Source: Octopus vulgaris
Lineage: Eukaryota
NCBI GenBank assembly: GCA_951406725.2
Contig: OX597819.1
Location: forward strand, 79,112,001 to 79,176,000
DNA: 64,000 nucleotides
Direction: 5' to 3'
In this document: positions 43,731-55,343 of the stretch, piece after piece
How positions within the stretch are numbered: the stretch's first letter is position 1
How the letters are laid out: each line of letters opens with the position of its first letter
Position numbers and translations under genes: made by a program
The notes under the pieces: generated by a model
Databases searched by the model: none
What the model saw: only the letters and a program-made list of their open reading frames with translations
Told to the model about the DNA's origin: nothing

Positions 43731-43938
43731 GGTGTGTGTATGTGTGTATGTATTTATGTATGTATATGCTGAAAAGAACAGAATTCATCTCGAAATCAAG
43801 GAAATACTTCGTGGGTAAAGGATTTAATTCTTTTAGAGAAGTTACAGGGAATAGGTAAAAAATTAATATTCCTGAGTATAAATAATTTGGAAATTCCTTG
43901 TACTTTAATGTACTTAGCGCAGCTTAATAGATGATTGG

Positions 43939-43976
<38 letters not shown>

Positions 43977-44110
43977 CCAATCATCTGTTAGGCTACGCTA
44001 AGTCATTCGGAGCTTTCTTTCCTCAGTCAAGTTCCAGATTATCTTTGCAATTTCGGTTGGTTATACTCGAGATTGCTCCAACACGTGTGTGTGTGTATGT
44101 GTGTGTGCGA

Positions 44111-44173
<63 letters not shown>

Positions 44174-44281
44174 GAAATATTAAACATGTAAACAAACATT
44201 GAAATGCATGGGATTTGGCAAATATGTTTTTAATGCCCCGCGTTAGTGTGAGAAGTTCCAGTCACGTGACAGCGGTATCAG

Positions 44282-44700
44282 AGGCGGCGAGCTGGCAGAA
44301 ACATTAGCACGCCGGGCGAAATGCTTAGCGGTATTTCGTCTGCCGTTACGTTGTGAGTTCAAATTCCGCCGAGGTCGACTTTGCCTTTCATCCTTTCGGG
44401 GTCGATAAATTAAGTACCAGTTAAGCACTGGGGTCGATATAATCGACTTAATACCTATGTCTGTCCATGTTTGTCCCCTCTATGTTCAGCCCCTTGTGGG
44501 TAATAAAGAAATAGGTATTTCGTCTGCGTTACGTTGTGAGTTCAAATTCCGCCGAGGTCGACTTTGACTTTCATCCTTTCGGGGTCGATAAATTAAGTAC
44601 CAGTTACGCACTCGGGTCGATGTAATCGACTTAATACCTATGTCTGTCCTTGTTTGTCCCCTCTGTGTTTAGCCCCTTGTGGGTAATAAAGAAATAGGTA
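44282..44700 (+). mobile_element. Young SINE family A, two modules, flanked by a direct repeat
   Basis: Head AGGCGGCGAGCTGGCAGAAAC and two near-identical ~180-bp modules. GGTATCAGAGGCGG occurs at both ends (~44275 and ~44696). Confidence 0.95.
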
Positions 44701-44949
44701 TCAGAGGCGGTTACTATCTGACTGGAACTAATATTTATTTTTTCTTTCAAATTATACAGGTTATGATAATGGAAAAGGAAGCGATTGTTATAATTGGGAC
44801 CAAACAGAGTTGTAAATATTCCTTGCAGAGGGAATCCTAATTTCAAATTTAGCCATTGAATGATGTTGAGGATAACTAACGAAATGAATATTATACATTA
44901 TGCTGACAAATTATATCGCACAGCAAAAAAAAAAAAAAAAAAAAATGGA

Positions 44950-46480
44950 AACGTGTAAACAGATTTTTCGGTAATTCAAAGTGACTAGGCAAAAAATATT
45001 ATCATCTCTTCCTGAGTTCTATTTTCTTTCGCAAAATAGAATCTTTGTCAAATATATTAATAAATGTAATTGTAGTCTTTTTTATTTTTTATATATCTTA
45101 GTCTGGTATTGTGGATTTTTATCCCTTTATTATTTAGTCAATACAACGAACAGGTAATACAAATATATGTATTGATGAAGTAAAAAAAACCCCAAAAAAC
45201 AAAGAAAAATGAATGGTGAGAATTTGAGCGATGAGGTTATGGATGCTGTTGATTTGGTTGAAGTGTGTAAAATCAAAGGTTTGGAATCTGCTTGCATATG
45301 AGGTTCCCGATCTCTGAAGGAGGGCTTTATCGTAACGATGGATTATTTCTCTAACTAAATATGAATGAGCATAATGTAGATATATTTACAAAGGATATTA
45401 TTTTAATATTCAGTGAATGAGAGAATAAGAAATTACGGTGGTGAGCAACCTAACAAAAGTGAGTATTCTTGACATAACATTAGATTTATAAGTTAATAAA
45501 TATTCTTTTGTTATAAACCTAATGAAAGATTGTTTTATAATATAAGGGTCCTGATCAGCCACCAAATATTCCTAACTTAGCCCTCAGTTTTAGTTAACAT
45601 ACATCATTCTTTCGTAAAAGCATTGTAATTTTATAGCAAATTATTTAGTAGTAGCGGATTTTCAGGGATGTTGGGTCATAAAGAGTGTCCATAAATTATC
45701 TTTACAACTTCTACACGCATCGTCTAAATGTGTTGCATGAAACCAATAAAGCCTACATGGAAGTGTCCTGATATTTCTAATAAAACTTTGTCTTTGTTTT
45801 CCGATGAACTGTGCTGAGAACTTATTTTTCATTTTTTTTCTGGATTTTTCAAATTGTAAGGGTTATTTATGGACAATTTGTATATCTAGGCTGTAGTAAT
45901 CAAATGGCGAACTGGCAATAGAAAAATCTTGTACTACAATACAATAATTTTTTTTAGCTTTGAAGTTCGTATGAATATTGCTTGAAGGTTTCCTAACTTA
46001 ATCTTCTGTTTTTGTGAAAAAAGAATATAATTATTTTAAGGTCTTCAATAGGAACTCTTTTAAGATTTCACCTACATTTTGTAAAAATTTTGGTGACATT
46101 GCAAATTCAATTAATGCAAAACATTTGCCAATTAATAGTCATTCCATAAACGGGATCAGATAACTGCTCGTTTAATAGACTGCCTTACTAGTTATTTGAT
46201 ATACTGTGCCAAAGTGGAATTAAGTGATAACTTACCATTGAAATCTTACAAAGGGTATAAACAGGAATTAGATTTAAAACGCGATTTTGCTCGCATAAGC
46301 ATTCATTGGTCAACCCATACAAGAAATTTGCTTGTAGACTTTCATTTGCTTACAATAGTGGAAATAGTAGAAAGAAACTGAACTGTTACCTTTGCTTAAC
46401 AGAAAACAGAAAAGAAATTTATTATTACTGCAGAACAAAACCGTCTTGAACCCAAGAAACGACATCTTGTGTACTTGTTT
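44950..46480 (+). mobile_element. Decayed Penelope-like element (RT plus GIY-YIG), Naiad-like motifs
   Basis: Ordered remnants GIVDFYPFI (~45105), GLYRNDGL (~45322), KVSILDITLDL, YKPN, KVFNRNSFKIS, CLTSYLIYCAKV...KSYKG, NCYLCLTE and LNPRNDILCTC. The clade assignment is tentative. Confidence 0.75.
45679..45882. mobile_element. Tc1/mariner-type MITE nested in the PLE
   Basis: Imperfect TIRs GTGTCCATAAATTATCTTTACAA / TTGTAAGGGTTATTTATGGACAA with TA flanks. Confidence 0.55.
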
Positions 46481-47271
46481 TTTTCTCTAATTCGAAAAAG
46501 CGGTCAAGTAATTTTCACAAGGCTGATCGACAACAACAACAAAAAAAAAGAAGAAAACTACAATAAAGGGTTTTTAACAGTTTTCAATTTCATCTCTGAC
46601 CTCTACCAACTATTGATTGTCTCTGGATGATCCGACCGTTGCACCATACCAACAGCCCAACACAAAGTACACAATACAGTACCCCTGTACGATACGGCTG
46701 TAGGGTACTTTGTACAGAGATAATTACAGCTTGGAAGAGGTTAGTTTTTGAGGCGAGAAAGAGATTAAAAAAAAATGTTTGGGATGTCTGTATATCGGTC
46801 TAAAATGCGAGTGAGAGATGAAACACATTGGTGTAAAGTGTTGAGAATTGCAAGATAAGATAACGCTGGGATGGTCACAACTGGAATGCCCCTGATCATT
46901 GGTGTGCGAATTGGACTGACTTGGGGCAAAGCAGCAACAACAACAACAACAACAACAACGACGACAACAACAACAACAAAAACAACAACAACAACGCCGA
47001 CAACGACGGCGACCACCACCACTAGCAACAAAATCAACAAGATGTATTATACACCATCTCTTACCACTGCCCTCATTCTTCTCCGTTTTCACCTGTACAT
47101 CAATACTATACAGTAACAAATATCAATGAAGGAACCACCAGGTAATTAATCATCGAGCTAGAGAAAGCAGTTAAATCTCCCTTAAATAACAACCACAAAA
47201 CATGGATCATCACCACCAGTACCCGTAATACACTGTAATGTCAGTCACCATCGTTATATTCTGCCACCACC

Positions 47272-47417
47272 ATCGCCTTGCCGCTGCATTCGCCTTGCCG
47301 CCGCACTCGCCTTGCCGCCGCACTCGCCTTGCCGCCGCACTCGCCTTGCTGCCACCATCGCCTTGCCGCCGCCATCGCCTTGCCGCCGCCATCGCCTTGC
47401 CGCCGCTGCCATCGCCT
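47272..47417. repeat. GC-rich ~18-bp minisatellite
   Basis: About 7-8 units of TCGCCTTGCCGCCGC(AC/CA). Confidence 0.9.
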
Positions 47418-48289
47418 CACTACTGCCGCCATCACATTGTCGTCGCCACCATCACCATGCTGCCGGCGCCATTACCTCGCCGTCGCCACCACCACCATGC
47501 TCCCCGCTCCATCATCTCGCGCTGCCGTCTCCATCACTCTCTTCACTGTACCTGTAACATTGTATTGCCAGAATCGCTACTATCATGTCCTACTACTACC
47601 ACCACCACCACCACCACCACCCCTGCTTTTCTTATCCCCACCACTACGATCGTTACCATATCCATCATCGCGCATTGTCACTATGACTAACAAACACAAG
47701 CCATTACTAGCACTATACCAACCACCTACACCATCACCACCACCGCTACCACCACGAACACCTTTAAGAAGAAGAAGGAGAAGAAGAAGAAGAAGAAGAA
47801 GAAGAAGAAGAAGAAGAAGAAGAAGAAGAAGAAGAAGAAGAAGAAGAAGAAGAACAGCAACAACACTAACAACAACAAGAACAACCAAACTGTAGCCTCT
47901 ATCTACAGCCATATATCATAACCTAAGCATATTAAAAAAAAAGCCGTCAAAGCAAATGCAGCGCCATCTGTTGCACAGCAAAATTTATAAAATAAGATAG
48001 AGGGAGAGAATTAAATTTATCAATAACGGTTATGACCAGGAAGTCCAATAATCAAAGTATCTCAACCATGACCACCACCTCTTTGTTTTCTGCTGCAGAA
48101 TAGTGTATCAAAGACTACGTTACCTAAATGTGCTCTTTCTATTTTCTTCAGTCGGTACGCTGTGATTTGAGGGAAACTTGACTGTTATTTCTTGGAAGTC
48201 GACCGACCACCTGGTGGTTTCCGCCCCGTTATTTCGTTCCCACGTTCAAGCAATATGATATTATCAGGTATATTATCTACTTGAAGTAA

Positions 48290-48500
48290 AGGCGGCGAGC
48301 TGGCAGAGTCAGTACCGCACCGGACAAAATGCTTAGCGGCAATTCTTTCGGCTTTATGCTCTGAGTACAACTTCGTCTTTCATTTCATGCTTTCGGGGGT
48401 CGATAAAATAAGTACCAAGTGAGCACTTGGGTCGATGTAATCGATTTAGCCCCCCCCCCCCGACGAAATTTCTGGCCTTGTGCTAAAATTTGAAACCGAT
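48290..48500 (+). mobile_element. SINE family A, diverged monomer
   Basis: GGCGGCGAGCTGGCAGAGTC...GGGGTCGATAAAATAAGTACC...GGCCTTGTGCTAAAATTTGAAACC. Confidence 0.8.
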
Positions 48501-48643
48501 ATTATGTCAGTTGCAACTCCGGACAGAAGTATTAATTTCTCATTTTTTTGTAGGGAATTCATAATGCAAAAAGCAATTTTCAAGCCGGTGGTTTCCAGTT
48601 TAGTCCCGCTTGCGCTATCTCAGCCAAATGTCTTTCATTACAG

Positions 48644-49007
48644 CAGTGACTCTCAGCCAGGGTCGATATGTCCTTGGGCAGTGGAGTTCCATATAAGATT
48701 TTTGAGGGTCCATGCAAGCAAAATAGTAATTTGGAGATCCACAATATTATCTTAAGGGTCCATGAAAAAACTTTGCTTGGAATGTATTTGCTGTAATGAA
48801 CAACAAGGTTTTTTTCTCTAGCGCTTAACAGAGTAAAACGTGTTTCTTGCTAACGTATGCATGCGGACGTGGGAAAATGAAAATAAGAATTTTGAAAGAA
48901 GTATTTATGAAACTAGTTTTTAAAAAAATCGAATGACTATAGGGGTCCACCAGAATACAATGGTAAACAAAGGGGTTCATAGATGAAAAAAGGTTGCACG
49001 TCGCATG
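48644..49007. mobile_element. hAT (Charlie-like) MITE, decayed
   Basis: Ends CAGTGACTCTCAGCC and AAAAAGGTTGCACGTCGCATG resemble CAGTGGTTCTCAACC TIRs; internal GGGTCCA repeats. Confidence 0.5.
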
Positions 49008-49058
49008 TAGATAGATAATTAGATAGATAGATAGATGTTCAGATGGATGGATGGATGG

Positions 49059-49100
<42 letters not shown>

Positions 49101-49103
<3 letters not shown>

Positions 49104-49344
49104 TTATAATACAGGGTATCTAAGCGATACCAACACGCTTGAAATACCGGCCAAAACTTGACTCTAAAACCTCATTAAAAGTGAAGCAAAGGCGGTTTTA
49201 GAGTCAAGGTTTGGCTTCTATTTCAAGCGTGGTGGTATCACTAAGATACCCTAAATTATAATCTTAATAACAATTATTACCTTTGAAGGTTTTTATTCCC
49301 ATGCTGGCCACTTGATAAGTTCGATATTTAAATATCGATCTTAT

Positions 49345-49346
<2 letters not shown>
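49101..49346 (+). mobile_element. Hairpin-plus-tail element in (TA)n, same family as 60935-61183
   Basis: Inverted arms of ~70 bp spanning 49101-49264, then an ~80-nt tail ending ATCGATCTTATCC. (TA)n lies on both sides. Confidence 0.85.
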
Positions 49347-49433
<87 letters not shown>

Positions 49434-49479
49434 GGATGGATAGATAAATATAGATAGATAGCTGGCTGAATAGATGGAC

Positions 49480-49521
<42 letters not shown>

Positions 49522-49611
49522 ATGGATGAGTGGTTGTTTGGAACGTAACTGCGTTTGACAGATTCAAATTAATACCTTTTTAATGCTGAGTCTGTTTGCT
49601 GTATCCACTCA

Positions 49612-49785
49612 AGGCGGTGAGCTGGCAGAATTGTTAGCCGGGCGAAATGCTTAGCGACATTTCGTCCGTCTTCACGGTCTGAGTTCAAATTTCGCCGAGA
49701 TCGAATTTTCCTTTCATCCTGGGGGTCTATGCACTCAATTTACTCCACTCACCCGAAATTGCTGGCCTCGTGCTGAAATTTGAAA
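49612..49785 (+). mobile_element. SINE family A, diverged
   Basis: AGGCGGTGAGCTGGCAGAATTGTTAGC...GAGTTCAAATTTCGCCGAG. Confidence 0.75.
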
Positions 49786-49902
49786 TTTACATTTATTAGT
49801 CCACAACGAAATTCTTATGTATTTCATATTGTACCATGCATACAATATAATGTCTATCGATATGTTGAAAATTAAACGAAGGAAAGTAGATTATAATTAA
49901 TA

Positions 49903-50073
49903 GCCGCAGGAGTGGCTGTGTGGTAAGTAGCTTGCTTACCAACCACATGGTTCCGGGTTCAGTCCCTCTGCGTGGCATCTTGGGCAAGTGTCTTCTGCTA
50001 TAGCCCCGGGCCGACCAATGACTTGTGAGTGGATTTGGTAGACGGAAACTGAAAAAAGCCTGTCGTATATATG

Positions 50074-50106
<33 letters not shown>

Positions 50107-50310
50107 ATATGTTTGTGTGTCTGTGTTTGTCCCCCTAGCATTGCTTGACAACCGATGCTGGTGTGTTTACGTCCCCGTCACTTAGCAGTTCGGCAAAAGA
50201 GACCGATAGAATAAGTACTGGGCTTACAAAGAATAAGTCCTGGGTCGATTTGCTCGACTAAAGGCGGTGCTCCAGCATGGCCACAGTCAAATGACTGAAA
50301 CAAGTAAAAG
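49903..50310 (+). mobile_element. SINE family B, well-preserved full copy
   Basis: GCAGGAGTGGCTGTGTGGTAAG (A box), GGTTCAGTCCC (B-box-like), CORE-like TTGGGCAAGTG, internal (TA)n(TG)n, 3' TGACTGAAACAAGTAAAAG. Confidence 0.9.
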
Positions 50311-50696
50311 AGAGAGCCTCACCACTGGCAGCTGATATCAAGCCCTTTAAAATACCAATGGAAAAAAATAGTCTTCGTGGTTCGATTGGAAGAGTGGCTA
50401 GAAAAACCACCACCACGATTACCATTACCATCACCACCACCGCTACCACCGCCGCCACCGCAACCGCCGCCGCCGCCACCATTCACTTCTATAACTTCCG
50501 GCTGTTTGACATAATACAGATGTCCAATCGTAACTTTACATTAATCTGTTGCACTCTGAAACTACCCGCTTTAATTGTTCCAGCGAGAGCGCGTAAGTGT
50601 GATTGAACCTATGGAAGACATTCGGTGACAGCTGTCCCTCATTCTCGTGACTAACAATCGTAAACACGGACTTCTCTGTCAGGCACTTCTCTGCAA

Positions 50697-50711
50697 CTTT
50701 CTTTCTTTCCT

Positions 50712-50763
<52 letters not shown>

Positions 50764-50889
50764 TCCTTTCTTTCTTCCTTCCTTCCTTCCTTCCTTCTTT
50801 CTTTCTTTCTTCCTTCTTTCCTTCCTTCCTTCCTTCCTTCCTTCCTCCCTTTCTTTCTTTCTTTCTTTGTTTCTTTGTTTCTTTGTTTG

Positions 50890-50923
<34 letters not shown>

Positions 50924-50968
50924 CCTTCCTTCCTTCCTTCCTCCCTTTCTTTCTTTCTTCATTCCCTC

Positions 50969-51009
<41 letters not shown>

Positions 51010-51066
51010 TTCCTTTCTTCCTTTCTTCCTTCCTTCCTTTCTTTCTGTCTGTCTGTCTGTCTGTCT
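50697..51066. repeat. (TTTC)n/(TTCC)n microsatellite
   Basis: Seen directly. Confidence 0.95.
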
Positions 51067-51080
51067 GACAGACCATGTTT

Positions 51081-51507
51081 TATGACATCAGGACGGTATT
51101 CAAGAGTAATACAACACTTCGCAAATATCTCCTTCGCGCAAAACCACCAATAGAAGAGGATATGACCAAAGACTGCGTGTACTCCATCCCATGCAGCTGT
51201 GGTTGGTTATACAAAGTCGAAACATAGCCGCCCCCTCAAAATAAGGGTAGACGAACATCGCAAAGCTGTGATACGAGGAGATATTGATAAATCGGGTATA
51301 GCTGATCATGTATGGAAAAATGGAGACCACCTCCCCCTGTGGGATGAAGTGAAAATAATAGACAGAGAGCACCACTAGAAAATACGAAAACTAAAAGAAG
51401 CAGCACATATGTTAGGACACAACAACCTCCTAAGCAGACCAAGTGCAGATATGAGTAGCATATGGGAACCGGTATTAAGGAAGGATAGAAAAATATTAGA
51501 TTTATAA
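51081..51507 (+). mobile_element. Penelope/Poseidon-type GIY-YIG endonuclease C-terminal remnant
   Basis: YDIRTVFKSNTTLRKYL...CVYSIPCSCGWLYKVET, a frameshift, then RPLKIRVDEHRK...SGIADHVW...WDEVKIIDRE...RKLKEAAH, ending at TAA 51505-51507. Confidence 0.9.
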
Positions 51508-51536
51508 GCCCTAAAATTCATTCCATTACTGCCCAC

Positions 51537-51610
51537 GGGCATATGGCGTAGTGGTTAAGAGCGCGGGCCTCTAACCCCAAGATCCCGAGTTCGATTCCAA
51601 GCAGTGACCT
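51537..51610 (+). other. tRNA-like sequence (Pol III A/B boxes) in the PLE 3' region
   Basis: TGGCGTAGTGG at 51544-51554, anticodon-like GGG-CCTCTAA-CCC, GAGTTCGATTCC at 51587-51598. The acceptor stem is broken, so this is not a functional tRNA. Confidence 0.7.
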
Positions 51611-51759
51611 GAACAATAATAACATCGAAAAATACCTTAGGAATGAGAACCCGAAGCGTTGTGTTAACAACAAACAAGATGTTATTCATTCATATGTTAA
51701 GGGCGATAAATATATGTTTAACTCCCACTAACTTTCGACCCAGAGACGACGGACAAAGA

Positions 51760-52310
51760 TTGCAAACCAATCAAAAATAGTGAAAAGTCCTGCATGAAAA
51801 GAGCGCTGACGGAGATTGAGAAAAGTCTGCATCAATCCCATGAAAAAGAGAGAGCAGATAAGGAGGCCTGGGTAACAGAAAATATTAAGTCGAATCCTAA
51901 AACTTTCTTTGACTTTGCCAAAGAAACGGCATCAGTATGACTGGGGTAAATAATAGACATACAAATCGAACACTGATCTCTCGCACGACGTACCACTTTA
52001 TTACCGTGAAAACGTTAAAATGTTCATATGAGACATATCTGTTAACCACATATGTGGTACATCCCAAGATTCGCCCCTCTTCCAAAAGGATGCCCCCCCC
52101 CACAGGAAACCCAATGAGGCTAAGTGAAATACTGAATGAACAATTCCAGAGTATGTTCACTACCCCTTTGGGATACAAGCAAGTGAACAAACCAGCGGAT
52201 TCCTTCGTCACTTCACCTGTAACCAAAGAGACGAAAACTGATTAAATCGATATTAAAGATGTAATACTGTCCATAGTTAAGGTAAAGACAAATTCAGCTG
52301 CTGTCCCTGA
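51760..52310 (+). mobile_element. CR1-type LINE ORF2 fragment with a short insertion
   Basis: KEAWVTENIKSNPKTFFDFAK...LSEILNEQFQSMFT...NSAAVPD (spacer between endonuclease and RT), interrupted at ~51950-52065. Confidence 0.7.
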
Positions 52311-52772
52311 TTCTATCGTTCTCTTTTACCGAGGCACTAATTTACGAGGACGTAAACACACCGACAAGTGGTGGTGGATGACAAAAACAAACACAAAGAC
52401 ACACACACACACACACACACATGACAGAAGTTTCTTTTAGTTTCTGTCTACCAAATTCTTTAACAAGGCTTTAACAAGAACTGAACCCGGAGCCATGTGG
52501 TTGGGAAGCAAACTTCTTACCAGATGTATGTATCAAATATGGAACAGAATCACGATAAAGGAACAAATAGAAGATTCACACACAAGTCAGTTATCGTCCC
52601 AAAAAATCATTACATTTTCTCGCCTTTAACGATTATATTGTTCCTTTTTGGTATATATGTATATATATATATTGTCTAAATGATTATGGGTAAGGCCAAA
52701 ACAATGCGAAGTAAATGCGAAGTAAATGGAAGGCAGAAAATGTTTGCTCAAACAGGTCTTTTACACTACTCC

Positions 52773-52811
<39 letters not shown>

Positions 52812-53288
52812 TTACTCCTTAACGCTTTTCTCTCTTTCACTTATAAAACCTCCCTGCCTCTCTTTTCAATTCTGTCTTTCTTTAAACAATAAATATTTCC
52901 AAATCATCCATAGAAGCACGCAGACAATTCTTGTAAGTATCTCTGAAAGACATGTCTCAAAGCCAAAACCAGTGACAATACTGCTATTGGCATCCAGAAA
53001 GCAATCCATCATGTCTGGCATGTGAGTGAATCTCTTAGCTACACAGAACTGTCCATGCTCTGAATCTGTCTCTCATCCATTCAAAAAGACGCTTCTTATT
53101 TATATCACCGCCTTGGCGACTTGTGTTGAAATTCATTCTAAACCCACTCTCTGTCAAATCTAGCATGTTCTAAGACTTAGATTTTTCTCTAAACTTTCCA
53201 CCCCTATGCATCAATAAGTCGCTTTATCCATATTTTGTCACCTATGGGCACTGCATTAATCGCTTCGTCTAATATTTCGTCCTAGTTA

Positions 53289-53880
53289 AGGCGGCGAGAT
53301 CGCAGAATCGTTACAGCGCTAGGAAAAAATTCTCAATGGCATTTTCTCTGACTATACGTTCTGAGTTCAAATTCCGCCGAGACCAACTTTACCTTTCATC
53401 CTTTCGGAGTCGATAATATGAGTACCAGTATGGTGGCGAGCTGGCAGAAACGTTCGCGCCGGACGAAATTCATAGCAGTATTTGGTCTGTCTTTACGTTC
53501 TGAGTTCAAATTCCGCCGAGACCAACTTTACCTTTCATCCTTCCGGAGTCGATAATATGAGTACCAGTATGGTGGCGAGCTGGCAGAAACGTTCGCGCCG
53601 GACGAAATGCATAGCAGTATTTGGTCCGTTTTTACGTTCTGAGTTCAAATTCCGCCGAGGTCGACTTTGCTTTCATCCTCTCGGGGTCGATAAATTTAGT
53701 CCCAGTTGCGTACAGGGGTCGATCTAATTGACTGGCACCCTCCCCCAAAATTTCGGGCCTTGTGCCTAGAGTAGAAAAGTATATAAATACTAGTCGAGCA
53801 CTGGGATTGATGTAATCAACTTACCCCCCCTCCCCTGAAGTTGCTGGCCTTGTGCCAAAATTTGAAACCTTGTTTTTCCT
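53289..53880 (+). mobile_element. SINE family A, head-to-tail trimer
   Basis: Three heads at ~53289, ~53432 and ~53571; the units share GAGACCAACTTTACC and GATAATATGAGTACCAGTATGG variants. Confidence 0.85.
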
Positions 53881-54004
53881 TCTAGAACACCTCTTCTCTG
53901 AAGTTTCCTCTCTATGTCTTTCCATGTATCTGTTTGAACTGAAAGTACGATAGATGAATAGAGAATATTTATAGCTTAAAAACAATTTGCAATTACATTT
54001 TTTG

Positions 54005-54159
54005 TAGGAAGGTTGTCTTGTATGAAGCTTGCTTCTCAACCACATGGTTCCGGGTTCAGTCCCACTGCCTGGCATCTTGTGCAAGTGTATTCCACTATAG
54101 CCCCGGGTCGACCAAAGCCTTCTGAGAGACTTATACACGGTAACTGAAAGAAGCCCACC

Positions 54160-54200
<41 letters not shown>

Positions 54201-54524
54201 TAAATTAGAGACAAAACCACTATTAGGCAAATCAAACAATGAAAAACTTAAGCCAATACATATGATTAATTTATATTATTTAAATATATAACAAAATTAT
54301 TAAAAAAATATAATTAATAATTATATTTTTAATAATTTTGTTATATATTTAAATAATATAAATTAATCATATGTATTGGCTTAAGTTTTTCATTGTTTGA
54401 TTTGCCTGATAGTGGTTTTGTCTCTAATTTAATATAATATAATATTTTACTATAAAATTGGATTCAATCCTAAATCTGATTTTTCCCTGTAAGTTTGGAT
54501 TTATTCCCTAATATTTATTATTAT

Positions 54525-54585
<61 letters not shown>

Positions 54586-54775
54586 CTCCCACCACTTAAC
54601 AACCAGTGTTGGTTTATTTATGTCCTCATAACTTAGCGCCTCAGCAAAAGAAACCTCTAGAATAAGTTCCAGGATAAAAGAAAACAAGTACAAGGATCGA
54701 TTTTTTAGACTAAAACCTTTCAAGGCGGTGCCACTGGATGGCTGCTGTCCAATGACTGACACAAGTAAAAGATTT
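54005..54775 (+). mobile_element. SINE family B split by a palindromic insertion
   Basis: 5' half runs to GAAGCCCACCG(TA)n; 3' half resumes at ~54580 after (TG)n. Confidence 0.8.
54191..54510 (+). mobile_element. Hairpin-plus-tail element, near-perfect 250-bp palindrome
   Basis: Arms 54191-~54315 and ~54318-54441 with one substitution and one poly-A indel seen; tail at 54442-54510. Confidence 0.9.
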
Positions 54776-55343
54776 AAAAAAAACAGTTTTTTTCCACGAG
54801 AATTGAAATACAAACAACCACTCACACACTAAAAATTCCCTTCGATAACACTAAAACCGATATGAAAACATAAAACAGGAAGCATTAAAGAATCAATAGC
54901 TGTTTGGGTACAGCTGCTTTTGCTATCAAACAACACCTAAAGAATATCTTCTGCGTGTGTGATAATGAAATTACCCAACTTAAGCCACATATGTGGTTAA
55001 CAGATATGTCTCATATGAAAATTTTAACGTTTTCACGGTAATAAAGTGGTATGTCGTGCGAAAGATCAGTGTTCGATTTGTATGGAAGCTATTTTCTATC
55101 TATTATTTGCCTCAGTCATCGGAATGCTGTCATGCTGGGGCATTGCCTGAAACAGTTTAGTTCTCAGTACTTATTTTTGTAAGTTTTTAAAACTTATTTT
55201 TGCCGAGCTGCTAAGTTTTAGGAACATAAGCAAACAGACACCGGTTGTCAAGTGATAATGGGGACAAGCACAAACAGAAAGACACATACACGTTTTCTTT
55301 CTCTCTCTCTCTCTCTAGCTATTTATCTATCTACATATATTTA

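Noticed and set aside
47272-47417. Regular short repeats that might suggest a CRISPR array
   Set aside because: Head-to-tail minisatellite without unique spacers, in eukaryotic context.
51537-51610. Functional tRNA gene (also considered for the SINE heads)
   Set aside because: The acceptor stem does not pair and there is no poly-T terminator; tRNA-derived only.
52890-53282. Minus-strand FQRYLQE...MDDLEIF, possibly a Gypsy RT trace
   Set aside because: Needs a frameshift and has no other supporting motif.
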